A DNA stretch of 39,498 bases from Candidatus Eiseniibacteriota bacterium (GCA_031364845.1 JANLWX010000097.1:1-39498), one strand, 5' to 3'. Positions 18,572 to 29,031 are shown, counted from the first letter of the stretch. Notes: generated by a model from the letters alone, not told the origin. Made by a program: numbers and translations.

Positions 18572-19542
18572 TCCGCCCGCAGCAGCGTGTGCGCGAACGG
18601 CCAGTCGTGATCGATCCACTGGCCTTCGACACTCATGCCGCGCCTGCTTCCGATCTCCGCGACATCGCTCGCGAGATACTTGTGCGAGCTTTCGGTCCAG
18701 ATCGTCTCGCCCGCTTCGATCTTCACCGACAGATTCGCGGCGGCGATGCGGACGGTGCGGGTTTCGAGCGCGCACAGATGCATCTCGATCCGCCGCTCGC
18801 GCGCGTCCCACCGCGCGAGGTGCCGGTAGCGGGGGAGGATGAAGTCGCCGCCCAGCTCGCGGTTGATGCGCGCGAGCAGATTGAGGTTGAACGACGCCGT
18901 CACGCCGATCTCGTCGTCGTAGGCCGACAGCAGCTGGCCCACCGGTTTCTCGAGGTCGGTCGACAGCAGCAGCCGGTCGCCGGACCTCATCATCGCGCGG
19001 ACCTCGGCGAGAAACGCTTCGCCCGCGGGGCGGTCGAAGTTGCCGATCGTGCTGCCGAGGAACAGCACCAGCAGGCACTGGCCGGGCTCGCGTTGTGCGG
19101 TGGCCGCCCGCAGTCCGTCCAGATATTCCGCTTCGTAGCCGACCAGGCTCACCGAGTCGATGCGCCCGAGGTCTCGTTCGGCCTGCTCGAGTGCGGCACC
19201 CGAGATGTCGATCGGGTTGTAGGTCACCGGCGCGCGCCGGGCCGCGGATTCCAGCAGCCAGCGCGTGTTGCGTCCGCTGCCGCTGCCGAGCTCCGCGATC
19301 ATGACCGGGCCCTCGATGGGCTGCATGATCTCCGCCGCGTGGCGGCGCAGCAGTCGGTCGCCCGCGCGCGAAAGCCCGTACTCGGGTAATTCGCAGATCA
19401 CCTCGAACAGCGCGGAGCCGACCGCGTCGTAGAGGTACTTGGACGGCAGTTCCTTCTGGCCTTTGCGCGCGAGCCCCGCGCGCACTTCCCGGGCGAAGCG
19501 CGCGACCGAGGTGTCGGGACCGTGGGCGAGCGTCAGCGTCAT
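18568..19542 (-). CDS. egtD: L-histidine N-alpha-trimethyltransferase EgtD
   Basis: LPSKYLYDAVGSALF, LPEY, ELGSG, FLGSTIGNF, AYDD..GVTASFNLN, RIEM, TESSHKY. The ATG at 19542 overlaps the upstream stop. Confidence 0.92.
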   Translation of the reverse strand: MTLTLAHGPDTSVARFAREVRAGLARKGQKELPSKYLYDAVGSALFEVICELPEYGLSRAGDRLLRRHAAEIMQPIEGPVMIAELGSGSGRNTRWLLESAARRAPVTYNPIDISGAALEQAERDLGRIDSVSLVGYEAEYLDGLRAATAQREPGQCLLVLFLGSTIGNFDRPAGEAFLAEVRAMMRSGDRLLLSTDLEKPVGQLLSAYDDEIGVTASFNLNLLARINRELGGDFILPRYRHLARWDARERRIEMHLCALETRTVRIAAANLSVKIEAGETIWTESSHKYLASDVAEIGSRRGMSVEGQWIDHDWPFAHTLLRAD

Positions 19543-20849
19543 CGCGTCACGCAACGGAACTTGGCGTACACGTACGGATAGTGCGGCTGGAACCAGTTGC
19601 GGAACGACCGCCGCAGCATGCACGCGGCGCTGCGCGCCGAGCCGCCCTTCATCACGAAGTGATGGCCGTCGAAGAAATTCGCGGAGTACCCAGGATAGAA
19701 CGGGAACGGCATGAACCCCTCGAACGGCGCGAACGGCGTGGACGTCCACTCCCATCCGTTGCCAACCAGATCCGCGACTCCGAACGCGCTGTCGCCCGCG
19801 GGATAGGCGCCCGCATCGACCGGCTCGAAACGCGCGAAGTCGAAATTGCCGCGCGTCGCATCGGGGGCCTCGTCGCCCCACGGATACTCGCGCTCGATGC
19901 CGCCCGGTGTGCCGTACGCCGCGCGGTGGAACTCGGCCTCAGTGGGAAGCGAAGCGTTGCGGGCGCGGGCGAACGCGGTGGCCTCGGCGAGGCTCACGTA
20001 GACCGGCGCATCGAGTGGCAGCGCACACTCGGAGAACATGCCGCGGTGCCGCCAGCCCGCGGAGCCCGAGTCCCGCCAGAAAGCCGGGTGCCGCACCCCG
20101 TGCTGCTCCTTCCACGCCCACGCCGTGTCGTCCCACAACTCGCGGCGCGTGTAGCCGCCGCCGTCCCTGAACGCGAGGAACTCGCGGTTCGTGACCGCGT
20201 GCATGTCGATGGTGAACGCGGGCACACCGACCGTGTGGCGCTCGAACTCATTGTCCCACCCGAACCCATCGCCGCGCGCGCGTCCGAGCGTCGCGTTGCC
20301 CGCGGGAATCGTGATGCGCGCACCGGTCGCGCGTCCGGCGGGGGCGTCCGGTTCTGCAGTCGCGCGCTTCCGGTCGTAGGGGAGCTGATGGAGCATGTAG
20401 GCGAGCGTTTCGGCGTGCATCAGGCGATGCTCGGTCGCCACTTCGAAGCGATCAGCCAGCTCGCGATCAGGATCCCGATCGAGCCCCGTGATGCTGAGGT
20501 CGACGGCCGCGCGCGCACGGTCGCAATAGGCGTGCACTTCCGCGAGCGCCGGCCACGCCGAGGGCGGATCATCCGGCAGTCCGCCGTCCACCGGATCGAT
20601 GCCGAACGCGAACAGACGGTCGTGTGCGTCCGCGAACGGCTCGAGTCCGAAGTGGGAGCGGACCAGATTCCAGTCGAACGCCTCGAGATGCCCGATGTAG
20701 AACACAATCCGATGCCGCTCGGGGATCGGCCGGTCGTAGAGCGCCTCCGCGCGGACGATGTCGAACAGGTCGTCGGTGTGCCGGCGGGCGCCGGCGAGGC
20801 GGTCGAGCAGCGTCTGTCGGTAAGTCGAGGTCGAGCCCATCACGCTCAT
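19539..20849 (-). CDS. egtB: EgtB/OvoA-family non-heme iron sulfoxide synthase (DinB_2 + FGE-sulfatase domains)
   Basis: Iron ligands in FYIGH and EHRLMHAE; FGE-domain motifs FGWDNE, VTNREF, LPTEAE, GNGWEWT and RRSFRNW. Translationally coupled to egtD. Confidence 0.82.
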   Translation of the reverse strand: MSVMGSTSTYRQTLLDRLAGARRHTDDLFDIVRAEALYDRPIPERHRIVFYIGHLEAFDWNLVRSHFGLEPFADAHDRLFAFGIDPVDGGLPDDPPSAWPALAEVHAYCDRARAAVDLSITGLDRDPDRELADRFEVATEHRLMHAETLAYMLHQLPYDRKRATAEPDAPAGRATGARITIPAGNATLGRARGDGFGWDNEFERHTVGVPAFTIDMHAVTNREFLAFRDGGGYTRRELWDDTAWAWKEQHGVRHPAFWRDSGSAGWRHRGMFSECALPLDAPVYVSLAEATAFARARNASLPTEAEFHRAAYGTPGGIEREYPWGDEAPDATRGNFDFARFEPVDAGAYPAGDSAFGVADLVGNGWEWTSTPFAPFEGFMPFPFYPGYSANFFDGHHFVMKGGSARSAACMLRRSFRNWFQPHYPYVYAKFRCVTR

Positions 20850-20876
20850 GGTGCCGTCCTTCGGGTGCGCGGGGTA

Positions 20877-20906
20877 TGCGGGCTGGGTTTCGATCCCACG
20901 CCCGCA
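20877..20906 (-). other. Intergenic hairpin between peptidase gene and egtB
   Basis: TGCGGGC-TGGG/CCCA-C-GCCCGCA stem (read on the + strand) with a 7-nt loop and no U-tract. Confidence 0.35.
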
Positions 20907-20932
20907 CGATTGCCCATGTTCTCAGACGCCGC

Positions 20933-23872
20933 CTACCGCATGACGACGACAGCCTCCGACGTCCGGCGTCCGCCCTGAGAGAGCCTTACGAAATACGGTC
21001 CCGCGGCAACCGGACGTCCCGCCGCATTGGTGCCGTCCCACTGCGTCGAGTGGGGACCGGCCTCCTGATCGGCGGCAACGATCTGCCGGATGGTGCGGCC
21101 CTGGATGTCGAACACCGTGAGGTCCACGCGACCGCGCGCCGCGAGCGTGTAGTTGAGGCGCGTCATGCCCCGGAAAGGATTCGGCTTGGCCGGCGCGAGC
21201 GAGAACGACTGCCCCGCTAACGGGTCGTCGACGCCGACGTCGGGGATGAACCCGTAGAGCGCAAAATCGTCGACCGCCGCCTCGACCAACGAGGGGAACG
21301 ACGTGTCGTCGGTCGCCACGAAACGGATCTTCATGTTGCTCGTGGGCGTGACGTAGTCGGAGATGAAGAACATCACGCGCCGCCACGACTGGTCGGTCTC
21401 GAGCGTGTTCTCGACCGGAACCCAGCTGGTGCCGCCGTTGTTCGAGATCTCGACCTTCCACGCATCCTGGCTCGGATTGTCACCGCCATCGTTCGAGTAC
21501 CAGCGCCAGAAGCTCACGACCGGCCGGATCAGCCCGCCCGATGTGGCGTTGAAGGTGGAGGACACGAGCGACGTCTTGCCGCCGTCCACATCCGCGACGC
21601 CGATGCCGTCGAGCGGCGCCGCGTTGCCCGTCACGTAGCAGAACGTGCCCGACGCCGAGTGGTCGTCTTCCGGCTGGATCGGGGTGCCCACGGGATCGAC
21701 ACGTACCCAGAGACCGGAGGTTGCCGCATCGCCCGAGGCGCCCACGGTCCATCCGAGGTCGTTGTCGAAATCGTTCTCGAGCATCACCGAGTAGAGGCCG
21801 CCGAGGAACGTGTAGTAGCGCACCGGAGCTGCCGGAGGATCGGTCTGGATCCCGCCATCGAGCGTCGCGGCCTGGATGTAGTAACGGATCACCGCCGACG
21901 CCTGCGCCGGAATCTGTGCGCCGAACTCGTCCGGGTTGCCGGTCGGGAACATCGAGACGAACGCGAACGGGGCGTTGTTGACCTGGTAGTAGAGCCGGGG
22001 CGAGGTGACATCCAGCCCGCCGAACAGGCCGCTGTAGGTGATCGTCGCGTTGACCGGGAACGGGCCGACGTTGGGCTGGTCCTCGACCGGTGCGGAGATC
22101 GTGACGAAATAGTTGGTGCCGATGCCGTGAGCGTTGAACGCGTTCACGATCTGCGTGTAGTGCGGCGTGCCGTTCGACAGATTCGCGTCGTTGTCGTCGG
22201 CGACCAGCACCTCGACGAAGTATTCATTGAACGCCTTGCCGTCGTTGGGATCGTCCGGCAGGCCGTAGCGCGCGAAGTGGAACAACCGCTGCGCGATCGT
22301 GAGCCCGACCGACTGGCGCAGATCCCACATGGCTCCGGCGAGGATCAGGCCGGCGCTCTGGGCGTCGACGCTGTTCTCGTCGAACGGCCACTTCTTCGTG
22401 TTCGAAACCGTGCGCAGGCTGGTGCCCACGCCGTAGAAACCATTGCCGATCACCGGGTCGTCGAGGATGAACGCCGCGTTGAGGTCGGCGAGAGCTTCCT
22501 GCATCGCGAAATTGTCCATCCCCGCGGGCCGGCCATTGGCGATGTAGAGGTTGTCGTTCACCGCGTGGCCGTACTCGTGGTAGATGATGTCCGGCATCTG
22601 GGCCGAGGCGGGGCAACCGCTGCCCGCGGTGAAGAAGTTGAGCGAAGCCCCGTCCCAGAACGCGTTGCAGTTGTCCGTAAGTTCGACGTATGCCTTGATC
22701 TCGTAGTCACACGACGTGAACGCGGGATCGATCGCCTTCACCCAGTCGTGGGCGCGGTTCACGTGATAGTAGGCATCGCGCTCCGAGGTTTGCGAATTCG
22801 AAGTGGTCCACGCGATGTTCTTGACCGACGGATTGGGTGTGCTGGACGAGAAGCTGGCATCGCTCGAGGGGCACACGTCGGCCACGCAGCGCTCGACATC
22901 GACGAAGCGACCCCGCAGGCCCGAGGTCACGGTGACCGGGCTGCCGACCGCATTCAGGCTGTAGTTGCCGAGGCTGTCCGTGAACGTTTGTGCGGCGCCG
23001 GCGTTGACGAAGACGTTGCGCAGCGGACGCGTGGTGAGCGCGTCGGTGGGAAGCGTGGGATGTACGGTCGCGTTGACGTTCCCGGTGATCACGAAATGCT
23101 GCTTGTCGCGGCGCACCAGGACTTCGCCGCTCGCTGCGTCGACGAGTGTGTACCAGTGATGGCGCGGATTCGCGGTCCACGCATGAAGCTCGTAGACCAC
23201 GCGATAGTCGATGGCGCCGTCGCGTTCGATCGGCAGCACCCACAAGCGGTCGCCTTCGACGCGGTCGGTCGCAGGGTCGAAGGTGATGCCGGCTTTCGCG
23301 GCTTCGCGCGCGACGCCCGCGCCGATGCGGGGCGTGGCCGCCAGCCGCGCGGGTGCGCGATGGCCGTCGGCGCCGAACGCCATCAGATTGCCGTTGGTCC
23401 CGACCCGGAACTCCCAATCGGAGTCGAGCAGCGGAATGCCGCCGATGGTCTGGCGGTAGCGCACGTACCAGACGCTGCCGGCCTGTCGCGCGCTCGCGAG
23501 TTCGAGCCCGTCATCGGCGCCGAACACGCTCGGGTTGCGGGCGATGAAGTCGCGCACCGAACGATCGGCGCTCGCCGCGTCGTTCGTGAAACCGCGCAGC
23601 GCGATGGCGGGGCCGGTCGCGCGGTGCGGGGTCGAGGTCGCTTCGTTCCACTGCGCGCGCCATGAGCCATAGCGGCCTTCGAAATCCCGCCAAACGGTGC
23701 CACGGGAGAGCGCCTGCTGCACGTCCGGACGCGGAGCGCGTGTCGCTCGCGCCTCCGTGCGATCGATCGAGCCGTCGGACTCCTGAGCCGGGTGAACGAA
23801 AGCATGAGCGATCGAAACGCTGAGGGCGAGGCTGGCGGGGATGGCCCAGACCAGCCGTCTCATCGAGAGCAT
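20933..23872 (-). CDS. Secreted thermolysin-like (M4/M36) zinc metalloprotease with FTP/PepSY propeptide, beta-sandwich domains and C-terminal FlgD-Ig domain
   Basis: RBS GGAGGAG before ATG 23872; signal peptide; FTP (VRYRQTIGGIP), PepSY (LVDAASGEVL), NAFWDG, HEYGH and QEALAD; tail PNPF..DIQGR..WDGTN..GPYFVRL. Confidence 0.85.
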   Translation of the reverse strand: MLSMRRLVWAIPASLALSVSIAHAFVHPAQESDGSIDRTEARATRAPRPDVQQALSRGTVWRDFEGRYGSWRAQWNEATSTPHRATGPAIALRGFTNDAASADRSVRDFIARNPSVFGADDGLELASARQAGSVWYVRYRQTIGGIPLLDSDWEFRVGTNGNLMAFGADGHRAPARLAATPRIGAGVAREAAKAGITFDPATDRVEGDRLWVLPIERDGAIDYRVVYELHAWTANPRHHWYTLVDAASGEVLVRRDKQHFVITGNVNATVHPTLPTDALTTRPLRNVFVNAGAAQTFTDSLGNYSLNAVGSPVTVTSGLRGRFVDVERCVADVCPSSDASFSSSTPNPSVKNIAWTTSNSQTSERDAYYHVNRAHDWVKAIDPAFTSCDYEIKAYVELTDNCNAFWDGASLNFFTAGSGCPASAQMPDIIYHEYGHAVNDNLYIANGRPAGMDNFAMQEALADLNAAFILDDPVIGNGFYGVGTSLRTVSNTKKWPFDENSVDAQSAGLILAGAMWDLRQSVGLTIAQRLFHFARYGLPDDPNDGKAFNEYFVEVLVADDNDANLSNGTPHYTQIVNAFNAHGIGTNYFVTISAPVEDQPNVGPFPVNATITYSGLFGGLDVTSPRLYYQVNNAPFAFVSMFPTGNPDEFGAQIPAQASAVIRYYIQAATLDGGIQTDPPAAPVRYYTFLGGLYSVMLENDFDNDLGWTVGASGDAATSGLWVRVDPVGTPIQPEDDHSASGTFCYVTGNAAPLDGIGVADVDGGKTSLVSSTFNATSGGLIRPVVSFWRWYSNDGGDNPSQDAWKVEISNNGGTSWVPVENTLETDQSWRRVMFFISDYVTPTSNMKIRFVATDDTSFPSLVEAAVDDFALYGFIPDVGVDDPLAGQSFSLAPAKPNPFRGMTRLNYTLAARGRVDLTVFDIQGRTIRQIVAADQEAGPHSTQWDGTNAAGRPVAAGPYFVRLSQGGRRTSEAVVVMR

Positions 23873-24241
23873 GGGCTCCTCCTGCGATGCGGTTTTCGGG
23901 TGCCGTGAGGAAAAAGACTGTTCGCGCCGGGTCTGTTCGAGATCCGTCGAATGATCGGGGAGGCGCATTCGGGCAGCGAAAAGCGTGACGACGAGTTTAG
24001 GACGACACGACTATCTCACTTCGCGATTACGCACATCAACCGGAAAACCGCAGAACAAACCGTTCTCACATGGCAATTTGAACGATTCCTCCGCAACGTG
24101 GCGAACTGCAATGCCAGGCCGGCCAATGGGAGCTCGGGATTGCGCCCGCCCGGGCCGTCGGTCATTGTGCGGTTTCGAGCACGGGTGAACGACGGGGCAG
24201 GCCGCCACCGCCAGTCTCCGGTTCCACACGGGAGGACCGCA

Positions 24242-24643
24242 ATGATCAAGGACTTCAAGGCATTCCTGCTCCAGACCAATGCGCTCGCGCTGGCGATCGG
24301 TGTGATCATCGGAGGCGCGGTCGGGAAGGTCGTGAGTTCCCTGGCGGGCGACATCCTCATGCCGCTGATCGGCCTCGGAATCCCCGGCGGGGCGTGGCGC
24401 GAGCAGAAGATCGTGCTGACCACGAATCCCGACGGAACCGTCGCCAATGCCATCACCTACGGCGCGTTCCTCGGCAGCGTGGTCGACTTCGTCATCATCG
24501 CCTTCGTCGTGTTCATGATCACGAAGGCGATCCTCAAACCGGCCCCGGCGGCTCCGGCTCCTCCCACCAAATCGTGCGGAGCGTGCCTCGAGACGATCCC
24601 GCTCGCGGCGACCAAGTGCCGGGCGTGCTGCAGCGCGGTGTGA
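24242..24643 (+). CDS. mscL: Large-conductance mechanosensitive channel with C-terminal CxxC..CxxC zinc-ribbon-like tail
   Basis: MIKDFKAFL..N.LALAIGVIIG..DILMPLIG..YGAFL..VDFVIIAF; RBS GGGAGGA; tail CGAC..CRAC. Confidence 0.92.
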   Translation: MIKDFKAFLLQTNALALAIGVIIGGAVGKVVSSLAGDILMPLIGLGIPGGAWREQKIVLTTNPDGTVANAITYGAFLGSVVDFVIIAFVVFMITKAILKPAPAAPAPPTKSCGACLETIPLAATKCRACCSAV

Positions 24644-24749
24644 TTCACCGCCCCGGGCCGCGAAAGTCTCGCGTCCTTCAGGCCGAATACGCCAGATAGT
24701 GGGCTCGGGAGCGACCCGCGCGGGCCGTTCCCGGGCCCAGCTCATTTCG

Positions 24750-24758
24750 TGATAACCT
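24750..24758 (+). promoter_or_regulatory. Candidate extended -10 element of sucAB-lpdA
   Basis: TGATAACCT about 43 nt before sucA; the same TGnTAnnCT pattern occurs at 5621 and 12222. Confidence 0.35.
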
Positions 24759-24800
24759 TCGCGCGCGAGTTTTACCACCCTCCGTCACCATCCAGGAATC

Positions 24801-27572
24801 ATGTCCAACCCGCTCCACGCCATCCAACAGGCCAACGCTGGGTACATCGAGGAGCAATACGCCCGGTACCGGCATGACCCGTCCACGGTTCCCGCCGACT
24901 GGGCGCTGTTTTTCGCCGGTTTCGATCTCGCTTCCGTTCGCGGGAACGTTTCGGGCGAGGGCCCCAAGTCCGGAGGCGTGTTCGGCCTGGTGCTGGCCTA
25001 TCGCGAATTCGGCCATCGGATCGCCCGCATCAATCCGCTCGATCCGGCTCCCGAGCACCATCCGCTCCTGGACCTCTCGGCCTACGGCCTCGGCGAGGCC
25101 GACCTCGACGCTCCGGTCGGGAACCATCCCTTCCGCGGAACCTTCGGGGAGACGCTGCGTGAGCTGATCGCCGCCCTGCGCGAAACCTATTGCGGGACGG
25201 TCGGCGTCGAGTACTCCGACATCACCGATGTCGGCCGGCGGACGTGGCTCCAGGACCGCATGGAGGCGAGCCGCAATCGCACGACGCTCACGGCCGACGA
25301 ACGGATCCGAGCACTGCGCGCGCTGCTGACGGCCGATGCGTTCGAGCAGTTCCTGCACGTGAAGTACGTCGGGCAGAAGCGCTTCTCGCTCGAAGGCGGA
25401 GCGACGCTGATCCCGATGCTGGAGGCGCTGATCGAAAGCGCGGGCGCGGCGGGCGTCGAACAGATCGTGCTCGGAATGCCGCACCGCGGCCGGCTCAACG
25501 TGCTCGCCAACATCATGCGCAAGCCGCTCGAGATCATGTTCAGCGAATTCGAGTCGAGCTTCGTGCCCGCGGACGTCCAGGGGCACGGCGACGTGAAGTA
25601 CCACCTCGGCTATTCGTCGCAGCTCGCCACGCTCGCGGGCAAGAGCGTGCACCTCGACCTCAATTTTAATCCGAGCCATCTCGAGTTCGTGAATCCGGTG
25701 GTGCTGGGCTCGGTGCGCGCGCGCCAGGACTTCATGCGCGACTCCGCGCGCGCGCAGGGCGTGCCGGTGCTGATCCACGGCGACGCGAGCTTCTCGGGGC
25801 AGGGTGTGGTCCCCGAAACGCTGGCCCTCGCCCAGCTGCCCGACTACCAGACCGGCGGAACGATTCACATCGTGGTCAACAACCAGGTCGGATTCACGAC
25901 CTCCCCGCAGGACGCGCGCGTCACCCGCTACGCGACCGACATCGCCAAGGTGCTCGAGGCGCCGATCTTCCACGTCAACGGCGACGATCCCGAAGCTGCC
26001 GTGCACGTCGTGCGGCTCGCGGTCGAATACCGTCATGCGTTCAAGTCCGACGTCGTGATCGACATGGTGTGCTACCGCAAGCACGGCCACAACGAACTCG
26101 ACGATCCGACGTTCACGCAGCCTCTGATGTACAAGAAGATCGCCGGGCATGAGCCGGCCTCGCGCCGCTACGCGGGCGAACTGATCCAGGCCTTGGTGCT
26201 CACGGCCGACGAGCTCGCCGCGATCGAGCGCGAAATCGATGCGCGCATGCAGGACGCCTACCGCAAGGCGCGCTCCGAGATGGTCTTGAACGGCGAGGTT
26301 CCGCTCGGAGGCGCGTGGAACGGATTCGAATGGGCGGGCGAGGACTGGAGCGCGCGGACCGAAACGGATCGCGCGCTGCTCGAGCGCGTGGTCGCCGGCG
26401 CCACGCGAGTTCCCGAGGGATTCCATCCGCATCCCAAGATCGCGAAGCTGCTCGAGGAGCGCGCGAAGATGGTCGCGGAGGATCGCATCGACTGGGGCAC
26501 GGGAGAGATGCTGGCGCTGGGGTCGCTGGTGCTCGAGGGGCATCATGTGCGCCTCACCGGGCAGGACACCGGGCGCGGCACGTTCAGCCACCGCCACTCG
26601 GTGCTGCGCGACTTCGAGTCCGACGCCCGCCATGTGCCGCTCCAGCATCTCGCGTCGGACCAGGGCCGCTTCGTGGTGGTCGACACGATGCTGAGCGAGG
26701 CCGCGGTGCTCGGCTTCGAGTACGGCTACAGCACCGCCGATCCCAACACGCTCGTTCTGTGGGAGGCGCAGTTCGGCGACTTCGCGAACGTGGCGCAGGT
26801 CTACATCGATCAGTTTCTCGCGAGTGCCGAGTCCAAGTGGCGGCGCATGTCGGGAATCGTGCTGCTGCTTCCGCACGGCTACGAAGGACAGGGCCCCGAG
26901 CATTCGAGCGCCCGGCTCGAGCGATTCCTCGAGCTGTGCGCCAACGGGAATCTGCAAGTGTGCAACCTGACCACACCCGCACAGTTGTTCCACGCGCTGC
27001 GTCGCCAGCAGCACCGCCGCTTCCGCAAGCCGCTCGTGATCATGAGTCCCAAGAGCCTGCTGCGTCATCGCCGCGCGGTGTCGAGCGTCTCCGAGTTCAC
27101 TCAGGCCGGATTCCAGACTGCGATCGACGATCACTCGGTGTCCGATCCCGCCGCGGTGCGCGCGGTGCTGTTCGTTTCGGGACGGCTCTACTACACGCTG
27201 CTCGAAGCGCGCGAGGCGCGCGGCAAGGCCGACGATCTCGCGATCGTGCGGGTCGAGCAGCTGTATCCGTTTCCGCGTGCGGAGCTGGATAAGATCCTCG
27301 CGCGCTATCCGCAGGCGAGCGAAGTGCGCTGGGTCCAGGAGGAACCGGCGAACATGGGAGGCTGGCGCAATCTGAGACATCGCATCGAAGCGATGCTGCC
27401 CGAACACATCACGCTGCGCCGCGTTTCGCGCAAGGGCGCGCCGACTCCGGCGACCGGCTACTACCACATGCACGTCGAGCAGGAGCGCCTGCTGCTGCAG
27501 TGCGCGCTCGCGCCGGTCGAGCCCGCGCCTGCCCGGACGCGCGCGGCCGGAAAACAGCGCGTGGCGCGCTGA
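24801..27572 (+). CDS. sucA: 2-oxoglutarate dehydrogenase E1 component
   Basis: [72 protein letters not shown]. Confidence 0.98.
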   Translation: MSNPLHAIQQANAGYIEEQYARYRHDPSTVPADWALFFAGFDLASVRGNVSGEGPKSGGVFGLVLAYREFGHRIARINPLDPAPEHHPLLDLSAYGLGEADLDAPVGNHPFRGTFGETLRELIAALRETYCGTVGVEYSDITDVGRRTWLQDRMEASRNRTTLTADERIRALRALLTADAFEQFLHVKYVGQKRFSLEGGATLIPMLEALIESAGAAGVEQIVLGMPHRGRLNVLANIMRKPLEIMFSEFESSFVPADVQGHGDVKYHLGYSSQLATLAGKSVHLDLNFNPSHLEFVNPVVLGSVRARQDFMRDSARAQGVPVLIHGDASFSGQGVVPETLALAQLPDYQTGGTIHIVVNNQVGFTTSPQDARVTRYATDIAKVLEAPIFHVNGDDPEAAVHVVRLAVEYRHAFKSDVVIDMVCYRKHGHNELDDPTFTQPLMYKKIAGHEPASRRYAGELIQALVLTADELAAIEREIDARMQDAYRKARSEMVLNGEVPLGGAWNGFEWAGEDWSARTETDRALLERVVAGATRVPEGFHPHPKIAKLLEERAKMVAEDRIDWGTGEMLALGSLVLEGHHVRLTGQDTGRGTFSHRHSVLRDFESDARHVPLQHLASDQGRFVVVDTMLSEAAVLGFEYGYSTADPNTLVLWEAQFGDFANVAQVYIDQFLASAESKWRRMSGIVLLLPHGYEGQGPEHSSARLERFLELCANGNLQVCNLTTPAQLFHALRRQQHRRFRKPLVIMSPKSLLRHRRAVSSVSEFTQAGFQTAIDDHSVSDPAAVRAVLFVSGRLYYTLLEAREARGKADDLAIVRVEQLYPFPRAELDKILARYPQASEVRWVQEEPANMGGWRNLRHRIEAMLPEHITLRRVSRKGAPTPATGYYHMHVEQERLLLQCALAPVEPAPARTRAAGKQRVAR

Positions 27573-27669
27573 GGCGCCCGATCCATCGCCGCAGCGTGAG
27601 CGCGCGACGGCGCGCGTTCGCGTCCCAGTCTCACGCCGCGAATTCCACGAACGAGGAGTCCATCACCCG

Positions 27670-29025
27670 ATGACTGTCGACGTCAAAGTTCCGCGGCTCG
27701 CCGAATCGATCTCGGACGCGGTGCTGGTCGAGTGGCTTCGTGAAGACGGTGCTACGGTCCGCGCAGACGAGCCGATCGCCACGCTCGAAACCGACAAGGC
27801 CGCCGTGGAGATCGCGGCGACCGAGCCCGGCGTGTTGCGCCACGCGCGCGCGATCGGCGACAAGGTGCTGGTCGGCGACGTGCTCGCGCGCATCGAAGCG
27901 CAGACCGGCGGAGCGGCTTCGGCCGCGAGCCCGGGCAGGGTCTCCGGTGCGGCTGCATCTGCGCCATCTCCGGTCCCGGCGCCCGCTGCGGTTCCGCCGG
28001 CGCAGGCCGCAGCGAGCGGCAAGGCCGCAGGCAACGGCGGAACACTACCGGCTCCCGATGCGCCGCTGTCGCCTGCCGTCCGGCGGCTGGTCGAGGAACA
28101 TCAGCTCGATCCGGCGCAGATCGCCGCATCGGGCAAGGGCGGAAGGCTGCTGAAGGACGATGTCGTGCGGCACGTGGAGTCGGGGGCTTCAGCGGTCGCC
28201 GCCACGTCGGCCGCCCCCGCGCCCACGACGGCTTCCGCCATAACCACGGCGGCTCCGCCGGCACCGCGCCCCGCGGCCCCCGCGCCCGCCGATGCGACCG
28301 CCGAGGCGACCGCCGGCTCCGCCGCGAACGACGAGCGCACGGTTCCCATGAGCCGCATCCGCCAGCGGATTGCCGAGCGGCTGGTGCAGGCGCAGCACAC
28401 CGCCGCGATCCTCACGACGTTCAACGAGATCGACATGAGTGCCGTGATGGACCTCAGGTCGCGCCACAAGCAGGGCTTCGAAACCAAGCACGGCGTGAAG
28501 CTCGGGTTCATGAGCTTCTTCGCGCGCGCGAGCGTGCTGGCACTCGCCGACGTTCCCGAACTCAACGCCGAGATCCGCGGCACCAACATCGTCTACCGCT
28601 CGCGCGTCCACCTCGGCATCGCGGTCGGCACCGGGCGCGGCCTCGTGGTGCCGGTCGTGCGCGATGCGCATCAGCGTTCGCTCGCCGGCATCGAGCGCGA
28701 GATCGAGCGGCTCGCGGGCCGCGCGCGCGAGAACACGCTCACGCTCGACGAACTGTCGGGCGGCACGTTCACGATCTCCAACGGCGGCGTTTACGGATCG
28801 CTGCTGTCGACGCCGATCCTGAATCCGCCTCAGAGCGGCATCCTCGGGATGCACAAGATCGAGAAGCGCCCGGTCGCGCTCAACGATCAGGTCGTGATCC
28901 GGCCGATGATGTACGTCGCCGTGTCCTACGACCACCGCATCGTCGATGGCGAGCAGGCGGTGACGTTCCTCGTGCGCATCAAGGAACGGCTCGAGGATCC
29001 CGAACGCATGCTGCTCGAGTTATAG
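27670..29025 (+). CDS. sucB: Dihydrolipoamide succinyltransferase E2
   Basis: Lipoyl motif ETDKA, E3-binding domain (SPAVRRL..GKGGRL), Ala/Pro linkers, LTTFNE and YDHRIVDG. Confidence 0.98.
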   Translation: MTVDVKVPRLAESISDAVLVEWLREDGATVRADEPIATLETDKAAVEIAATEPGVLRHARAIGDKVLVGDVLARIEAQTGGAASAASPGRVSGAAASAPSPVPAPAAVPPAQAAASGKAAGNGGTLPAPDAPLSPAVRRLVEEHQLDPAQIAASGKGGRLLKDDVVRHVESGASAVAATSAAPAPTTASAITTAAPPAPRPAAPAPADATAEATAGSAANDERTVPMSRIRQRIAERLVQAQHTAAILTTFNEIDMSAVMDLRSRHKQGFETKHGVKLGFMSFFARASVLALADVPELNAEIRGTNIVYRSRVHLGIAVGTGRGLVVPVVRDAHQRSLAGIEREIERLAGRARENTLTLDELSGGTFTISNGGVYGSLLSTPILNPPQSGILGMHKIEKRPVALNDQVVIRPMMYVAVSYDHRIVDGEQAVTFLVRIKERLEDPERMLLEL

Positions 29026-29031
29026 GCACTC

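Noticed and set aside
18568..20849. Selenoneine or ovothiol cluster call
   Set aside because: No SenB glycosyltransferase or SelD/SenC is present in the window, and there is no OvoA C-terminal methyltransferase domain.
24100..24118. Sigma54-like TGGCA..GC on the minus strand in the peptidase/mscL divergent region
   Set aside because: The GG-to-GC spacing is off by one from the strict -24/-12 consensus.
24678..27473. 931-aa antisense ORF opposite sucA, and similar long shadow ORFs (385-1899, 2845-4482, 8827-10548, 14155-15996, 21659-23665)
   Set aside because: They overlap well-supported genes, are Arg/Ala-rich with no family motifs, and are expected from stop-codon scarcity in high-GC DNA.
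27900..28330. Low-complexity GCC/CCG-rich repeats in sucB
   Set aside because: These are ordinary Ala/Pro linkers of E2 subunits, not a DNA repeat element.
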